Shown: positions 10,021-18,831 of the stretch, in pieces | Layout: each line of letters opens with the position of its first letter | Position numbering within the stretch: position 1 is the stretch's first letter | Translations under genes and position numbers: made by a program | NCBI GenBank assembly: GCA_003242515.2 | Contig: QGUS02000003.1 | Span: 12,647-76,646 of the forward strand | From: Actinomycetes bacterium | GTDB lineage: Bacteria > Actinomycetota > Acidimicrobiia > Spongiisociales > ZC4RG35 | Direction of reading: 5' to 3' | DNA: 64,000 nucleotides | The notes under the pieces: model-generated | The model's input: the letters and a program-made list of their open reading frames with translations, nothing else | The model's database searches: none | Told to the model about the DNA's origin: nothing

Positions 10021-10147
10021 ACGCTCCCGCCACGGTACCGCCTGGCGGGGACGATCACGGCTAGGACTTTCGCGGGGCCGGGGCTAACATTCCGGGGCGG
10101 TCGGCCAGCCCGGCCCCTCTCTCGAGAGTCTTCCAGGAGTTCCAGTC

Positions 10148-10336
10148 ATGTCTTACAGGTGCGAGGTCTGCGGCAAGGAGCCGAGCTACGGCAAGACCGT
10201 CAGCTTCTCCCACAAGCGCAACAACCGCCGCTGGCTTCCGAACATCCAGCGCATCCGTATCAAGCACGGCTCCAACACCCGCCGCGCCCGCGTGTGCACT
10301 TCGTGCATCCGAGCCGGCAAGGTGGTCAAGGCCTGA
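10148..10336 (+). CDS. rpmB: 50S ribosomal protein L28
   Basis: [37 protein letters not shown] is L28-like. GGAG lies upstream of the ATG. Confidence 0.92.
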   Translation: MSYRCEVCGKEPSYGKTVSFSHKRNNRRWLPNIQRIRIKHGSNTRRARVCTSCIRAGKVVKA

Positions 10337-10551
10337 TGGAGCAGGGGGTCGTCAAGTCGTACGACCCCGTGACCGGGGTCGGTGTCGTCGTCCTGGACTC
10401 CGACCGGTCCGAGGTGTTCCTGCGACCGGGGTCCCTCGACGGCTCCATCTTCCGCATGCTCCGGCAGGGGCAGCGTCTCCTGGTCGACACCGTGGAGGAG
10501 GACGGCGTCCGTTACGTCACCACGGTGAAGGTCGGCCAGGACGAGTACTGA
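10336..10551 (+). CDS. Small beta-rich protein (71 aa), possibly cold-shock/OB-like, translationally coupled to rpmB
   Basis: ATG at 10336 overlaps the rpmB TGA (TGATG). Sequence is [34 protein letters not shown].... Nearly all third codon positions are G/C, as in real genes here. Confidence 0.6.
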   Translation: MEQGVVKSYDPVTGVGVVVLDSDRSEVFLRPGSLDGSIFRMLRQGQRLLVDTVEEDGVRYVTTVKVGQDEY

Positions 10552-10757
10552 CGCACCTGGCAGCCCGTAGCTCGCAAGCACGCCGGCGGCCTCGCCGCGT
10601 CTGACTGCCGCCCGCACCGACCCGACGACGGTCCGGCCCGCCCCTCCGGCGGCACTCCCCCACCCGCAGACGCCCATCGGGAAGTGGTCCGGTACCAGGT
10701 ACCCGGCACCCCGATTGCGCTACATTGCCCCGAACCCCTAGAGCACAGGAGGCTCAG

Positions 10758-10991
10758 TTGGTTCAGGCATACATCCTGATTCAGACGGAGGTCGGCAAGG
10801 CCGCTTCCGTCGCCGAGCAGGTTCGGGCCATCGAGGGTGTCGAGGCCGCGGACGACGTCACCGGCCCCTACGACGTGATCGTCAAGGCCGGGGCTCCGGA
10901 TGTCGACTCCCTCGGCAAGCTGGTGGTCGCCCGGATCCAGTCCATCGAGGGGATCACCCGCACCCTGACCTGCCCGGTCGTCAACCTCTGA
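10758..10991 (+). CDS. Stand-alone Lrp/AsnC ligand-binding (RAM) domain protein
   Basis: TTG at 10758 lies 5 nt after AGGAGG. (M)VQAYILIQTEVGKAASVAEQVRAIEGV...YDVIVKA...IEGITRTLT is typical of small AsnC-type RAM proteins. No HTH is present. Confidence 0.7.
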   Translation: MVQAYILIQTEVGKAASVAEQVRAIEGVEAADDVTGPYDVIVKAGAPDVDSLGKLVVARIQSIEGITRTLTCPVVNL

Positions 10992-11015
10992 CGGACGGGG
11001 CCGGCGGGGCCGGCC

Positions 11016-12086
11016 TCAACCCAGCTTGGAGGCGATAGCCCCCGCACTGCGGAGGGCGGTGCCATCGCTGCCCGCGGTGGAGAACACCCGGGCGGGGGTG
11101 GCCAGTGCCTCCGCGAGCATGTCCTCGAACAGCTGCCTCCTGCCCAGGGGCGGATCGATCCAGAGGTACGCGGCCATCGAGCCCGGGATCGTGTTCACCT
11201 CGTTGACGAAGACCTCGCCGCCCTGGCAGAGGAAATCGATGCGCGCCACGCCGCGCAGACCCGCCGCGGACGCCACCCGGCGGGCGTACTCCCGTATGCG
11301 GGCCTCCAGCTCGGGCTCGAGCTGTGCCGGCAGCTGGCGGCCTCCGCTCACCTCGCCACCCCACGCCAGGTACTTCTGGTCGTAGCTGTAGATGCCGCCC
11401 TCGGGACGGATCGGCTCCTCGATGGCCGACAGCTCCAGCTTCGGGTGGGTGCGCACCGCGATCTGGATGTCACGGCTCCCCTCGAGGAACGGCTCGACGA
11501 CGGCGCCCTGCTTCATGAACGGCGAGGTGCGCCAGAGGGCCACGACCGTGTCCCAGTCCTCCACCACCTCGATCCCGATGGACGAGCCGCCGAAGCGGGG
11601 CTTGACGATGTACGGGCCGCCGAACGGGGCGGTCACCCCCTCCCCCACGAGCGTCCGCGGCAGCGTCGGCAGGCCGACCGCGGCCATGGCGGCGCCGAAG
11701 GCCAGCTTGTCCATGCCGAGGGCGGACGCCGCCTGACCCGGCCCCGTGTAGCGCAGACCGGCCAGGTCCATGAGCCCCTGGAGGGTGCCGTCCTCGCCCG
11801 GCCCGCCGTGGCAGGCGTTGATCACGGCCGTGGGCGCCATCGGCTTCTTCTTGAGCACGAAGCCGCGTCCCGGGGAGGCCTCGAAGGTCAGCTCACGGGC
11901 CTTGCGGGGCACGCCGTCCGCGAAGTCGGCGGCCTCGAGCCCCGGGTCGACCAGGTACCACTCGCCGGACTTGGTCCAGTAGACGCAGTCGACGTCACCG
12001 AGGGCCCGGGCGACCTGGAGCCCGGTGAGGATCGAGATGTCGTGTTCGTCGGATGGACCGCCGAAGACCACCAGGGGGCGGCTCAT
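11016..12086 (-). CDS. ddl: D-alanine--D-alanine ligase (ATP-grasp)
   Basis: ATG at 12086 is preceded by GGAGGG. MSRPLVVFGGPSDEHDISILTG N-terminus and ATP-grasp core. The track ORF extends 48 codons too far upstream. Confidence 0.85.
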   Translation of the reverse strand: MSRPLVVFGGPSDEHDISILTGLQVARALGDVDCVYWTKSGEWYLVDPGLEAADFADGVPRKARELTFEASPGRGFVLKKKPMAPTAVINACHGGPGEDGTLQGLMDLAGLRYTGPGQAASALGMDKLAFGAAMAAVGLPTLPRTLVGEGVTAPFGGPYIVKPRFGGSSIGIEVVEDWDTVVALWRTSPFMKQGAVVEPFLEGSRDIQIAVRTHPKLELSAIEEPIRPEGGIYSYDQKYLAWGGEVSGGRQLPAQLEPELEARIREYARRVASAAGLRGVARIDFLCQGGEVFVNEVNTIPGSMAAYLWIDPPLGRRQLFEDMLAEALATPARVFSTAGSDGTALRSAGAIASKLG

Positions 12087-12099
12087 CTTCCCTCCATCG

Positions 12100-13581
12100 T
12101 CATGGGTAGTGATCGGGTAGGTCGTTCTCGTACAGAACCGCGTCGCCGGGCCCGAGGTTCTGCCTGGCCCACTCGACGGCCTGTTCTCTGGTGGCGACGA
12201 CGGTAACCGACGCCCGGCCCTTAGCCGCACCCCGCAGCAGCGCGGCCCGGTTGGTGCGGCCCACTATGACCAGGTGGTCTGCCACCTGTGCGGCGGCCGC
12301 GGCGAACGCCTCGTTCTCCTCGGCCTGGCGGGGACCCAGCTCCACCATGCCGGGGGTCACCACGGCCTTCGTGCCGCCCATGCCCGACAGGAGGTCGAGG
12401 GCGCGTCTCGCGCCGGCGGGGTTGGAGTTGAAGGTGTCGTCGATGATCACAAAGCCGGCCTCCCCCACCGACACCGTCTGGCGGTGCGGGGTCGCGGGCA
12501 GGGCGCCGACGCGGCGGGCGATGTCCTCCGGTGACATGCCGAGGGCGAGGCAGATGCCGGCAGCCACTGCCAGGTTGGCGGCGAACGCATCCGCCGACAC
12601 CTCGGCGACCTCGCTGCCGTCGATGATCAGCTTCCCGCCGGTGACCCGGACCCTCCCGGCGTCGCCGGTGGAGACCTCGACGATCTCCTGGCGCCCTGAC
12701 CGCTCCCGGGCGAGGGCGGCGAGGAGGGGGGTGTCGACGCAGATCACCCCGACCCGGGCCCCGTCGAGGATCTCCGACTTGGCGGCGACGATCCGCTCCT
12801 CCGAGCCGAACCGCTCCAGGTGGACCGGGCCGATCGAGACGATCGCCGCCACCTCGGGCTTCACCCAGGAGCACATGTCGGCGATCTCCCCCGGGCCGTA
12901 GGTGCCCATCTCGGCGACGAAGAGCTCGGTCCCCGGGGCTAGGTTCTCGTTGATGGAGCGGGCGAGGCCGAGGCGGTTGTTGAAAGAGGCGGGGGTGGCG
13001 ACGGTCCGCATCGCCGCGGACGCGATGTGCGCGGTGTAGGCCTTGGTGGTCGTCTTGCCGTACGAGCCCGTGATGGCGACGACCCGGGGCGAGACCGACT
13101 CCAGCCGGGACCGGGCCTGCCGGACCCACTTCTCGCCGAGGGCCCGCTCCAGCGGCGCCATCACCAACAGGCCGATGTCGACCAGGACCGGCATGAGCAG
13201 GACGGCCGACGACGCGGGCAGTGCCGTGTCCGCGGCCAGCCCGACCGACAGCAGCACGAGGAAGACGACGCCCACGAAGGCGGCGAGGCGGCGGAGGCGA
13301 GGCGTGAAGGCGAGCCTGGAGGTCCGCCCCCGGATCCCCAGCCCGACGGGCCCGATCTGGGCGGCCGCCACGCCGAGGGCGGCCCAGCCCCAGGCGGCCG
13401 CGGTGGCGTCGGAGAGGACGGCGAGGGCGAGGAGGGCCGTGTTGACCGAGGTGGTGAGCCACCAGCGGAGGGCGAACCGGGTCACCACAGGCAGGTAGTG
13501 CTCCCGCTGGGCGACGCGGAGCCAGCGGAGCCCGGCGGCGACACCGGCGACGAGCAGGGCGGCGGATACGACCCGGATCAC
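12100..13581 (-). CDS. Mur ligase family protein (MurF-like) with an N-terminal multi-TM domain
   Basis: GTG at 13581 overlaps the hydrolase stop. The first 145 aa or so are hydrophobic helices, followed by GSYGKTTTK (P-loop) and DDTFNSNPAGA (MurF-type DxYNxNP). Confidence 0.8.
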   Translation of the reverse strand: MIRVVSAALLVAGVAAGLRWLRVAQREHYLPVVTRFALRWWLTTSVNTALLALAVLSDATAAAWGWAALGVAAAQIGPVGLGIRGRTSRLAFTPRLRRLAAFVGVVFLVLLSVGLAADTALPASSAVLLMPVLVDIGLLVMAPLERALGEKWVRQARSRLESVSPRVVAITGSYGKTTTKAYTAHIASAAMRTVATPASFNNRLGLARSINENLAPGTELFVAEMGTYGPGEIADMCSWVKPEVAAIVSIGPVHLERFGSEERIVAAKSEILDGARVGVICVDTPLLAALARERSGRQEIVEVSTGDAGRVRVTGGKLIIDGSEVAEVSADAFAANLAVAAGICLALGMSPEDIARRVGALPATPHRQTVSVGEAGFVIIDDTFNSNPAGARRALDLLSGMGGTKAVVTPGMVELGPRQAEENEAFAAAAAQVADHLVIVGRTNRAALLRGAAKGRASVTVVATREQAVEWARQNLGPGDAVLYENDLPDHYP

Positions 13582-14321
13582 GGGACCCGCTCCATGACCG
13601 CGGCGCGGAGGCGGTCGGGCACCTCGATCGGGAGCATGTGGCCCACGCCATCGACCACCTCGAGGGAGACCGGCAGACCGGCCTCCTCCCGGATGGCGAG
13701 GGCCCGGCGGGCCACTTCGACGGGGACTTCCCGGTCGTTCCCGCCCCAGAGGAGGTGGACCGGCGCCGGCGCCTGCGCCAGCTCGGCCTCGTAGGTCTCG
13801 GCGATCACCTTGACGAGGATGTCACGCATGATCCCGGTGGCGGCCCGGTAGTCCGCGGAGCCGCTGCGGCGCCGCCTCCGCTCCATGGCCTCGTCGGAGA
13901 CGACCCCGATCCGGTTGGCCAGGCGCATCAGCCGGTACGAGAGGGGCGGTCTGCGGGCCGGCCTGAGGCGGAGCAGCGGGACCCCGGTGAGGACGATCCC
14001 GGCGACGGCCTCGGGGTGGTTCACGGCGAGCCGCATCGCCACCCTCCCGCCGAAGGAGTGTCCCACCACGAGGACGGGCGCGTCGAGGTCGTCGAGCATC
14101 CGCTCGACCACGCGCGCGTACCCTTCGGCTCCGATGACCTCCTGCGGTGCGGGAGACGCCCCGAAGCCCGGCAGATCCGGTGCGACGGCCGGCAGACCCG
14201 CCAGAGCCTTCGTGAAGTCGGCCCCCCGGCGGCCCCAGCCGTGCAGTGCGAGGATGCGTGGCACCCCCTCACCGAGGACCTCGGCGAAGAGGGCACCGTC
14301 AGCGAACGACCTCAGTGCCAA
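13578..14321 (-). CDS. Alpha/beta hydrolase
   Basis: ILALHGWGRRG and the GHSFGG nucleophile elbow. Start chosen at TTG 14321, after GAGGA. The longer track ORF (to 14414) would overlap the kinase gene. Confidence 0.7.
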   Translation of the reverse strand: MALRSFADGALFAEVLGEGVPRILALHGWGRRGADFTKALAGLPAVAPDLPGFGASPAPQEVIGAEGYARVVERMLDDLDAPVLVVGHSFGGRVAMRLAVNHPEAVAGIVLTGVPLLRLRPARRPPLSYRLMRLANRIGVVSDEAMERRRRRSGSADYRAATGIMRDILVKVIAETYEAELAQAPAPVHLLWGGNDREVPVEVARRALAIREEAGLPVSLEVVDGVGHMLPIEVPDRLRAAVMERVP

Positions 14322-14381
14322 GAATGAATCCTCGATCGGGTGGCTGGACCGACCGAGAATAACTTCTGATCCCCTGATCCC

Positions 14382-16151
14382 ATGACCACCTACTCCTCTA
14401 GACCCACCGTCCACGAGGCGATGTCCCGTTTCCGGGCGTCGCTGCTGCGACGCGCCTCGGCGGTGTCGTGGGTCGTCCTCGCGATCATCGGGGCGCAGGC
14501 GGTCAGGACCGAGGTCTACGACCGCCAGGAGTTCTATATCCCCGCGATCGGCCTGATCCTCCTGGTGGTCCTCTCCACCATCGCCCGGTGGGAGCGGGTC
14601 ATCGCCGCGTCATGGGCGCCCCTGGTCGTGGGGTCGTGGATGCTGGCGCTCATCGCCGGGGTCACCGCCGTGGGCCGGCTCCCCGAGCTGTCGGGGACCG
14701 CGGAGCCGATCCTCTATGGCCTCGCCGCCATCTCGGGCCTCCTCCTCCCCTGGTGGGCCCACACCCTCTCCACGGTCGCCATCGGCTCCGCCATCGCCCA
14801 CATCGCCCTCACCCTCGGGGAGGTCGACGCCGTCTCCGACGTGGTGGCGCCGGTCCTCACGGTGGTCGTGGTGGCCGCCGCCACCGCCCTGGTCAACTTC
14901 GAGCTGGAGCGGGAGATGGTCGTGTCGGCGAGCCGGGAGCGGATGCTCGAGGACCAGCGGCTCGACTTCGAGCGCCTCTACGAGGTGTCGGCGACGCTCG
15001 CCCGCGCCGAGTCGCTTTCCGAGATCGTCCCCTACCTGGTGGGCACGATCTGCCGCTACCTCGACGCCCAGGTCGGGGTGGTGCTCCTCTTCGACGGATC
15101 GACCAACAAGCTCCGGGTGATGAGCCCGATCTGGGTGAACGGGTCGACGGTCGACGCGGAGGAGACCGCGATCGAGGTGGTCGGGCCCAACGTCATCGCC
15201 CAGTCGTACCGGTCGATCCGGCCGATCCACGTGCGGAGGGTCGACGAGAACTCCGACGCCCACATCGTGCTGCGGGAGCTCGGCCTCACCCAGGCTCTCG
15301 TCGCCCCGCTGAAAGTGGAGGCCCTCCGGGTGGGCGTGATCGTCGTCGGCGAGCCGGTGCACGGCGACTTCACGCAGGACCAGCTGGAGCAGCTCGGCTC
15401 GCTGGCGGCGCCGGCAGGCCTCGTGCTCAGCCAGATCGGCCGTTACGAGGCGCAGACCGAGATGGCTCGCCGCCTCGAGGAGGTGGCGCAGATGAAGACC
15501 GACTTCGTCTCCACGGTGAGCCACGAGCTGCGCAGCCCGCTCACCTCGATCATCGGATCGCTGGACACGGTGAGCCGCCCGGAGCTTGCCCCGACGCACC
15601 CGACCTCACAGCAGCTCCTCCAGTCGGCACGGCGGCAGGCGGCCCGGCTGCAGCGCCTCATCGAGGACCTGCTCGTCGTCTCCCGCATCGACCGGGGTGC
15701 CATCCCCGTGCACCTGGAGAACATCGCCCTCAAGGAGATCTTCGACGAGGTCAACCGGGTGGTTCAAGTGGAGGCCTCGATCTTCGTCGAGCCCGCTGAC
15801 GCCACCGTCGAGGCCGACCGCGACCACCTCACCCGGGTGCTGATCAACCTGGTGGAGAACGCCGCCAAGTACGCCCCGGGGAGCCCGATCGAGCTCAAGG
15901 GCACCCAGATGGCCAGGCACTGCCGGATCGAGGTGGTCGACCACGGCCCCGGTATCCCCGAGGATCAGCGGGAGCGGGTCTTCGAGCGGTTCACCCAGCT
16001 CGACCAGTCGGACACGCGTTCACGCGGCGGCACCGGCCTGGGTCTCTCCATCGTGAAGAGTCTGGTCGAGGTGATGAACGGCTCGGTGCGGATCGAGACC
16101 ACGGAGGGCGGCGGCGCCACCTTCGTGGTCGACCTGCCCCGGGGTCGCTAG
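14382..16151 (+). CDS. Membrane sensor histidine kinase with a GAF-like domain
   Basis: N-terminal TM helices. H-box HELRSPLTSIIG, N-box VENAAKYAP, G-boxes DHGPGIP and GGTGLGLSIV. Confidence 0.85.
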   Translation: MTTYSSRPTVHEAMSRFRASLLRRASAVSWVVLAIIGAQAVRTEVYDRQEFYIPAIGLILLVVLSTIARWERVIAASWAPLVVGSWMLALIAGVTAVGRLPELSGTAEPILYGLAAISGLLLPWWAHTLSTVAIGSAIAHIALTLGEVDAVSDVVAPVLTVVVVAAATALVNFELEREMVVSASRERMLEDQRLDFERLYEVSATLARAESLSEIVPYLVGTICRYLDAQVGVVLLFDGSTNKLRVMSPIWVNGSTVDAEETAIEVVGPNVIAQSYRSIRPIHVRRVDENSDAHIVLRELGLTQALVAPLKVEALRVGVIVVGEPVHGDFTQDQLEQLGSLAAPAGLVLSQIGRYEAQTEMARRLEEVAQMKTDFVSTVSHELRSPLTSIIGSLDTVSRPELAPTHPTSQQLLQSARRQAARLQRLIEDLLVVSRIDRGAIPVHLENIALKEIFDEVNRVVQVEASIFVEPADATVEADRDHLTRVLINLVENAAKYAPGSPIELKGTQMARHCRIEVVDHGPGIPEDQRERVFERFTQLDQSDTRSRGGTGLGLSIVKSLVEVMNGSVRIETTEGGGATFVVDLPRGR

Positions 16152-16192
16152 TCCCCTGTGATCCGGGACGGCGGGTGGTCTCCCGGCGCCGA

Positions 16193-16975
16193 TCAGTCCG
16201 CGGGACCGGCGGCGATGGCGTGGAACCCGCCGTCGACGTGGACGATCTCGCCCGTCGTCATCGGCGCCCAGTCGCTCAGCAGCACGCAGTTCATCATCGC
16301 CACGGGCGTCGGGTCGGAGGTGTCCCACCTGAGCGGGGCACGCTCCGCCCACACCTCGTCGAAGCGCTCGAACCCGGGGATCGCCTTGGCGGCCACGGTG
16401 CCCAGCGGGCCGGCCGACACCAGGTTCACCCGGATGTTGTGCTTGCCCAGGTCCCGGGCGAGGTAGCGGGTGACGCTCTGCAGCGCCGACTTGGCCACGC
16501 CCATCCAGTCGTAGGCGGGCCAGGCCTGGCGGTTATCGAAGTCCATCGCCACCAGCGCACCTCCCCCGGCCTCGATCATCAGCGGCATCAGCGCCACGGC
16601 CAGGGTCTTGTAGGAGTAGGCGGAGGTGACGAACGCGGTCTGCGCCGACTCGACGGGCGTGTCGAGGAAGTTCCCGCCGAGGGCATCGCCCGGGGCGTAG
16701 GCGATGGCGTGCAGGGCGCCGTCCACGGCACCCCACCGCTTCCGCAGGTCGTCGACGACGGCCTCGACGTGCTCGGGGTCGTTGATGTCCAGCTCGAGGA
16801 CGTCGGGCGGGTTCGGCAGTCGCTGCGCCGAACGCTCCGTCAGCCGCATGCTCCGGCCGAAGCCGGTGAGGACGATCTCCGCGCCCTGCTCCTGGGCGAT
16901 GCGCGCCGTGTGGAAGGCGATCGAGTCGTCCGTGAGGACGCCGGTGATGAGCAGGCGCTTGCCCTGGAGGAGCAT
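16193..16975 (-). CDS. fabI: Enoyl-ACP reductase (NADH), FabI/InhA type
   Basis: MLLQGKRLLITGVLTDDSIAF... with a FabI/InhA-like SDR core. 260 aa. Confidence 0.85.
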   Translation of the reverse strand: MLLQGKRLLITGVLTDDSIAFHTARIAQEQGAEIVLTGFGRSMRLTERSAQRLPNPPDVLELDINDPEHVEAVVDDLRKRWGAVDGALHAIAYAPGDALGGNFLDTPVESAQTAFVTSAYSYKTLAVALMPLMIEAGGGALVAMDFDNRQAWPAYDWMGVAKSALQSVTRYLARDLGKHNIRVNLVSAGPLGTVAAKAIPGFERFDEVWAERAPLRWDTSDPTPVAMMNCVLLSDWAPMTTGEIVHVDGGFHAIAAGPAD

Positions 16976-17346
16976 CAGAAGCTCTCCCCGAAGGTCATGA
17001 TCCCCCGGATGGCCAGCCCCATGCAGAACAGGAGGAGCAGGCCGAAGTAGAGGGTGGGGCGCTTCCGGAACTGCGCCCGATAGATGTAGGTGAAGGCCAT
17101 GGCGAAGGCGATCACCACGCCGTAGAAGACGTGCTGGTTGCCCGGGTTGATCCCCTGGATCGACATGGCGCCGACTCCGAGCAGCACCTGGACCAGGAGC
17201 CCGGCGACGGCGACACCGACCGCCCAGTAGAAGGCCTTCGGCGGGGTCTGCTTGCGAGCCATGAGTACGCCCCAGAGACCGACTACCCCGCTGATGCCTG
17301 CTGCGATCGGTCCCCAGGCTTGATGGATGGTGCCCACGATCGGCAT
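16975..17346 (-). CDS. Small integral membrane protein (4 predicted helices)
   Basis: ATG at 17346 (MPIVGTIHQAWGPIAAGISGVV...). Its stop overlaps the fabI start. The upstream part of track ORF 16975..18015 is off-frame shadow. Confidence 0.55.
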   Translation of the reverse strand: MPIVGTIHQAWGPIAAGISGVVGLWGVLMARKQTPPKAFYWAVGVAVAGLLVQVLLGVGAMSIQGINPGNQHVFYGVVIAFAMAFTYIYRAQFRKRPTLYFGLLLLFCMGLAIRGIMTFGESF

Positions 17347-17419
17347 CTTAGGTGGAGCGAGACCCCGCGAGTCCGACGCCCGTGGGAACCATCCGCCCCG
17401 TGGGTAAGTTCTCCTCGAT

Positions 17420-18706
17420 GTGAGACGCGTCGCGGCGCTCGTCGTCCTCCTCGCCGCCTGCTCCGGAGCCGGCCCCGTCACCACGGGCACGACCGCGCCA
17501 CCGGCGGCGCCGACCACCACCGCCGCACCGGGGACCACCACCACGACCGGCCCCGCCGAGCTGGGCCCCGTCGTCTTCGCCTTCCTCGGCCCCGACGGGC
17601 TCGTCCTCGGCGATGGGGAGGTCCTGCTCCCCGGGCCCATCGAGGGCCGGCACGCCCTGGCGCGGGACCACGCGGGTGGTGTCGCGTACCTGGCCGAAGG
17701 CGTCCTCTGGTGGCTCCCTGCGGGCGCCACCGAGCCCAGCGAGGTGGGCGCCGCCCCTGGGGACGCCCTGGTCGAGGTGGTGCCGACGGATTCCGGTCCG
17801 GTGGCGCGGCTCGGCGTCTGCCCGTCCCGGTTCGTCTCCCTGGCCGACGGCTCGGAGGTCGCAGAGCCCGATCGGGTTGCAGTCGAGGTCGACTGCGGCG
17901 ACCCGGCCCTCGACCGGGCCACCCGGCGGGCCGCCAATGGCCTGGCCGTCGAGATCGCCGGGCCCGACAGCGACGGCCTCCCCCAGACGCTCGAGGTCAC
18001 GCAGGACGGCGCCATCGTCGTCTCGATCCCGGTCGGCGGCTTCTACGAGGACCGGGCACGCATCCACGACTTCGACGGGCGCGCCGTGATCGTCTCCAGG
18101 GGCACCGCCGACCAGCACGTGCCGGAGACCTTCTTCGTCATCGACCTGGCGTCCGGCGACCTGGTGCGCTGGAGCGAGGGCGTCCACACCCAGGCCGCTC
18201 TGCTGACGCCGGACGTCACGACGGTCCCCCCTGTCCCGGAAGAAGTGGTCCACGCCGTCTACAGGGGGACCCCTCTCCGCACCGACGACCTGATCGCATC
18301 CCTCGAAGACGGGGTCTACGCCGGGTACGTCGACTATGCCGCCACCTCGGGCCTCACCGGAGGGCCGGAGATCCATCTCGACCTGATCGTCTGGTTCATG
18401 GGCCGGGAAGCCGGGTACGCCGCCACCGAGGACGGCGAGGAGTGGCCACCCGGCGACTTCTACGTCCGCAACGAAGACCCGACCCAGATCGTGCTGCCGG
18501 TGTCACCCGACGTCGAGGTCACCTCGGTCTGGTTCCACTACGACGCGACGCAGCAGCTCGAGAACCGGCCGATCACCTATGAGGAGTTCGTCACGGCAAT
18601 GACCGGTGAGCCCGTCGGGGCGGAGATGAACATGCTCTCCGACCCCTGGTGGGTCACCGTCCGGGACGGCCGGGTCGTCGCCATCCACGAGCAGTACGTG
18701 CCCTAG
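17420..18706 (+). CDS. Secreted lipoprotein of unknown function
   Basis: GTG start. Signal peptide with lipobox VLLAAC, then a Thr/Pro-rich linker and a globular region of about 380 aa. Confidence 0.7.
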   Translation: MRRVAALVVLLAACSGAGPVTTGTTAPPAAPTTTAAPGTTTTTGPAELGPVVFAFLGPDGLVLGDGEVLLPGPIEGRHALARDHAGGVAYLAEGVLWWLPAGATEPSEVGAAPGDALVEVVPTDSGPVARLGVCPSRFVSLADGSEVAEPDRVAVEVDCGDPALDRATRRAANGLAVEIAGPDSDGLPQTLEVTQDGAIVVSIPVGGFYEDRARIHDFDGRAVIVSRGTADQHVPETFFVIDLASGDLVRWSEGVHTQAALLTPDVTTVPPVPEEVVHAVYRGTPLRTDDLIASLEDGVYAGYVDYAATSGLTGGPEIHLDLIVWFMGREAGYAATEDGEEWPPGDFYVRNEDPTQIVLPVSPDVEVTSVWFHYDATQQLENRPITYEEFVTAMTGEPVGAEMNMLSDPWWVTVRDGRVVAIHEQYVP

Positions 18707-18767
18707 GCACAGCCGGCGCCCGGCGAGAAGACGGCGGCGATCATCGGGACGGCGCCGGGGAGGCGAA

Positions 18768-18791
18768 GGCCGGGAGGGCGTCCCCCCGGCC
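18768..18791. terminator. GC-rich hairpin between convergent genes (possible bidirectional terminator)
   Basis: GGCCGGG-A-GGG-CGT-CCC-CCCGGCC gives a 10-bp interrupted stem. It lies between the lipoprotein stop (18706) and the fadD-like stop (18832). Confidence 0.35.
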
Positions 18792-18831
18792 CGACGCCGC
18801 CTGGCGAATCGGCCGGCCACGACCGGCGGGC

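Noticed and set aside
8176-10335. The bulk of the 791-aa plus-strand ORF opposite recG. Similar giant shadows occur at 23904..26759 (-), 24347..26815 (+, out of frame with adnA), 27226..29874 (+), 38173..40872 (-), 48400..49559 (+), 52441..54345 (+), and the upstream halves of 55489..58128 and 57003..59912.
   Set aside because: Each overlaps a gene with strong family motifs on the other strand or in another frame, and each translation is compositionally degenerate. Only the last 71 codons of 8176..10551 (from ATG 10336) look like a real gene.
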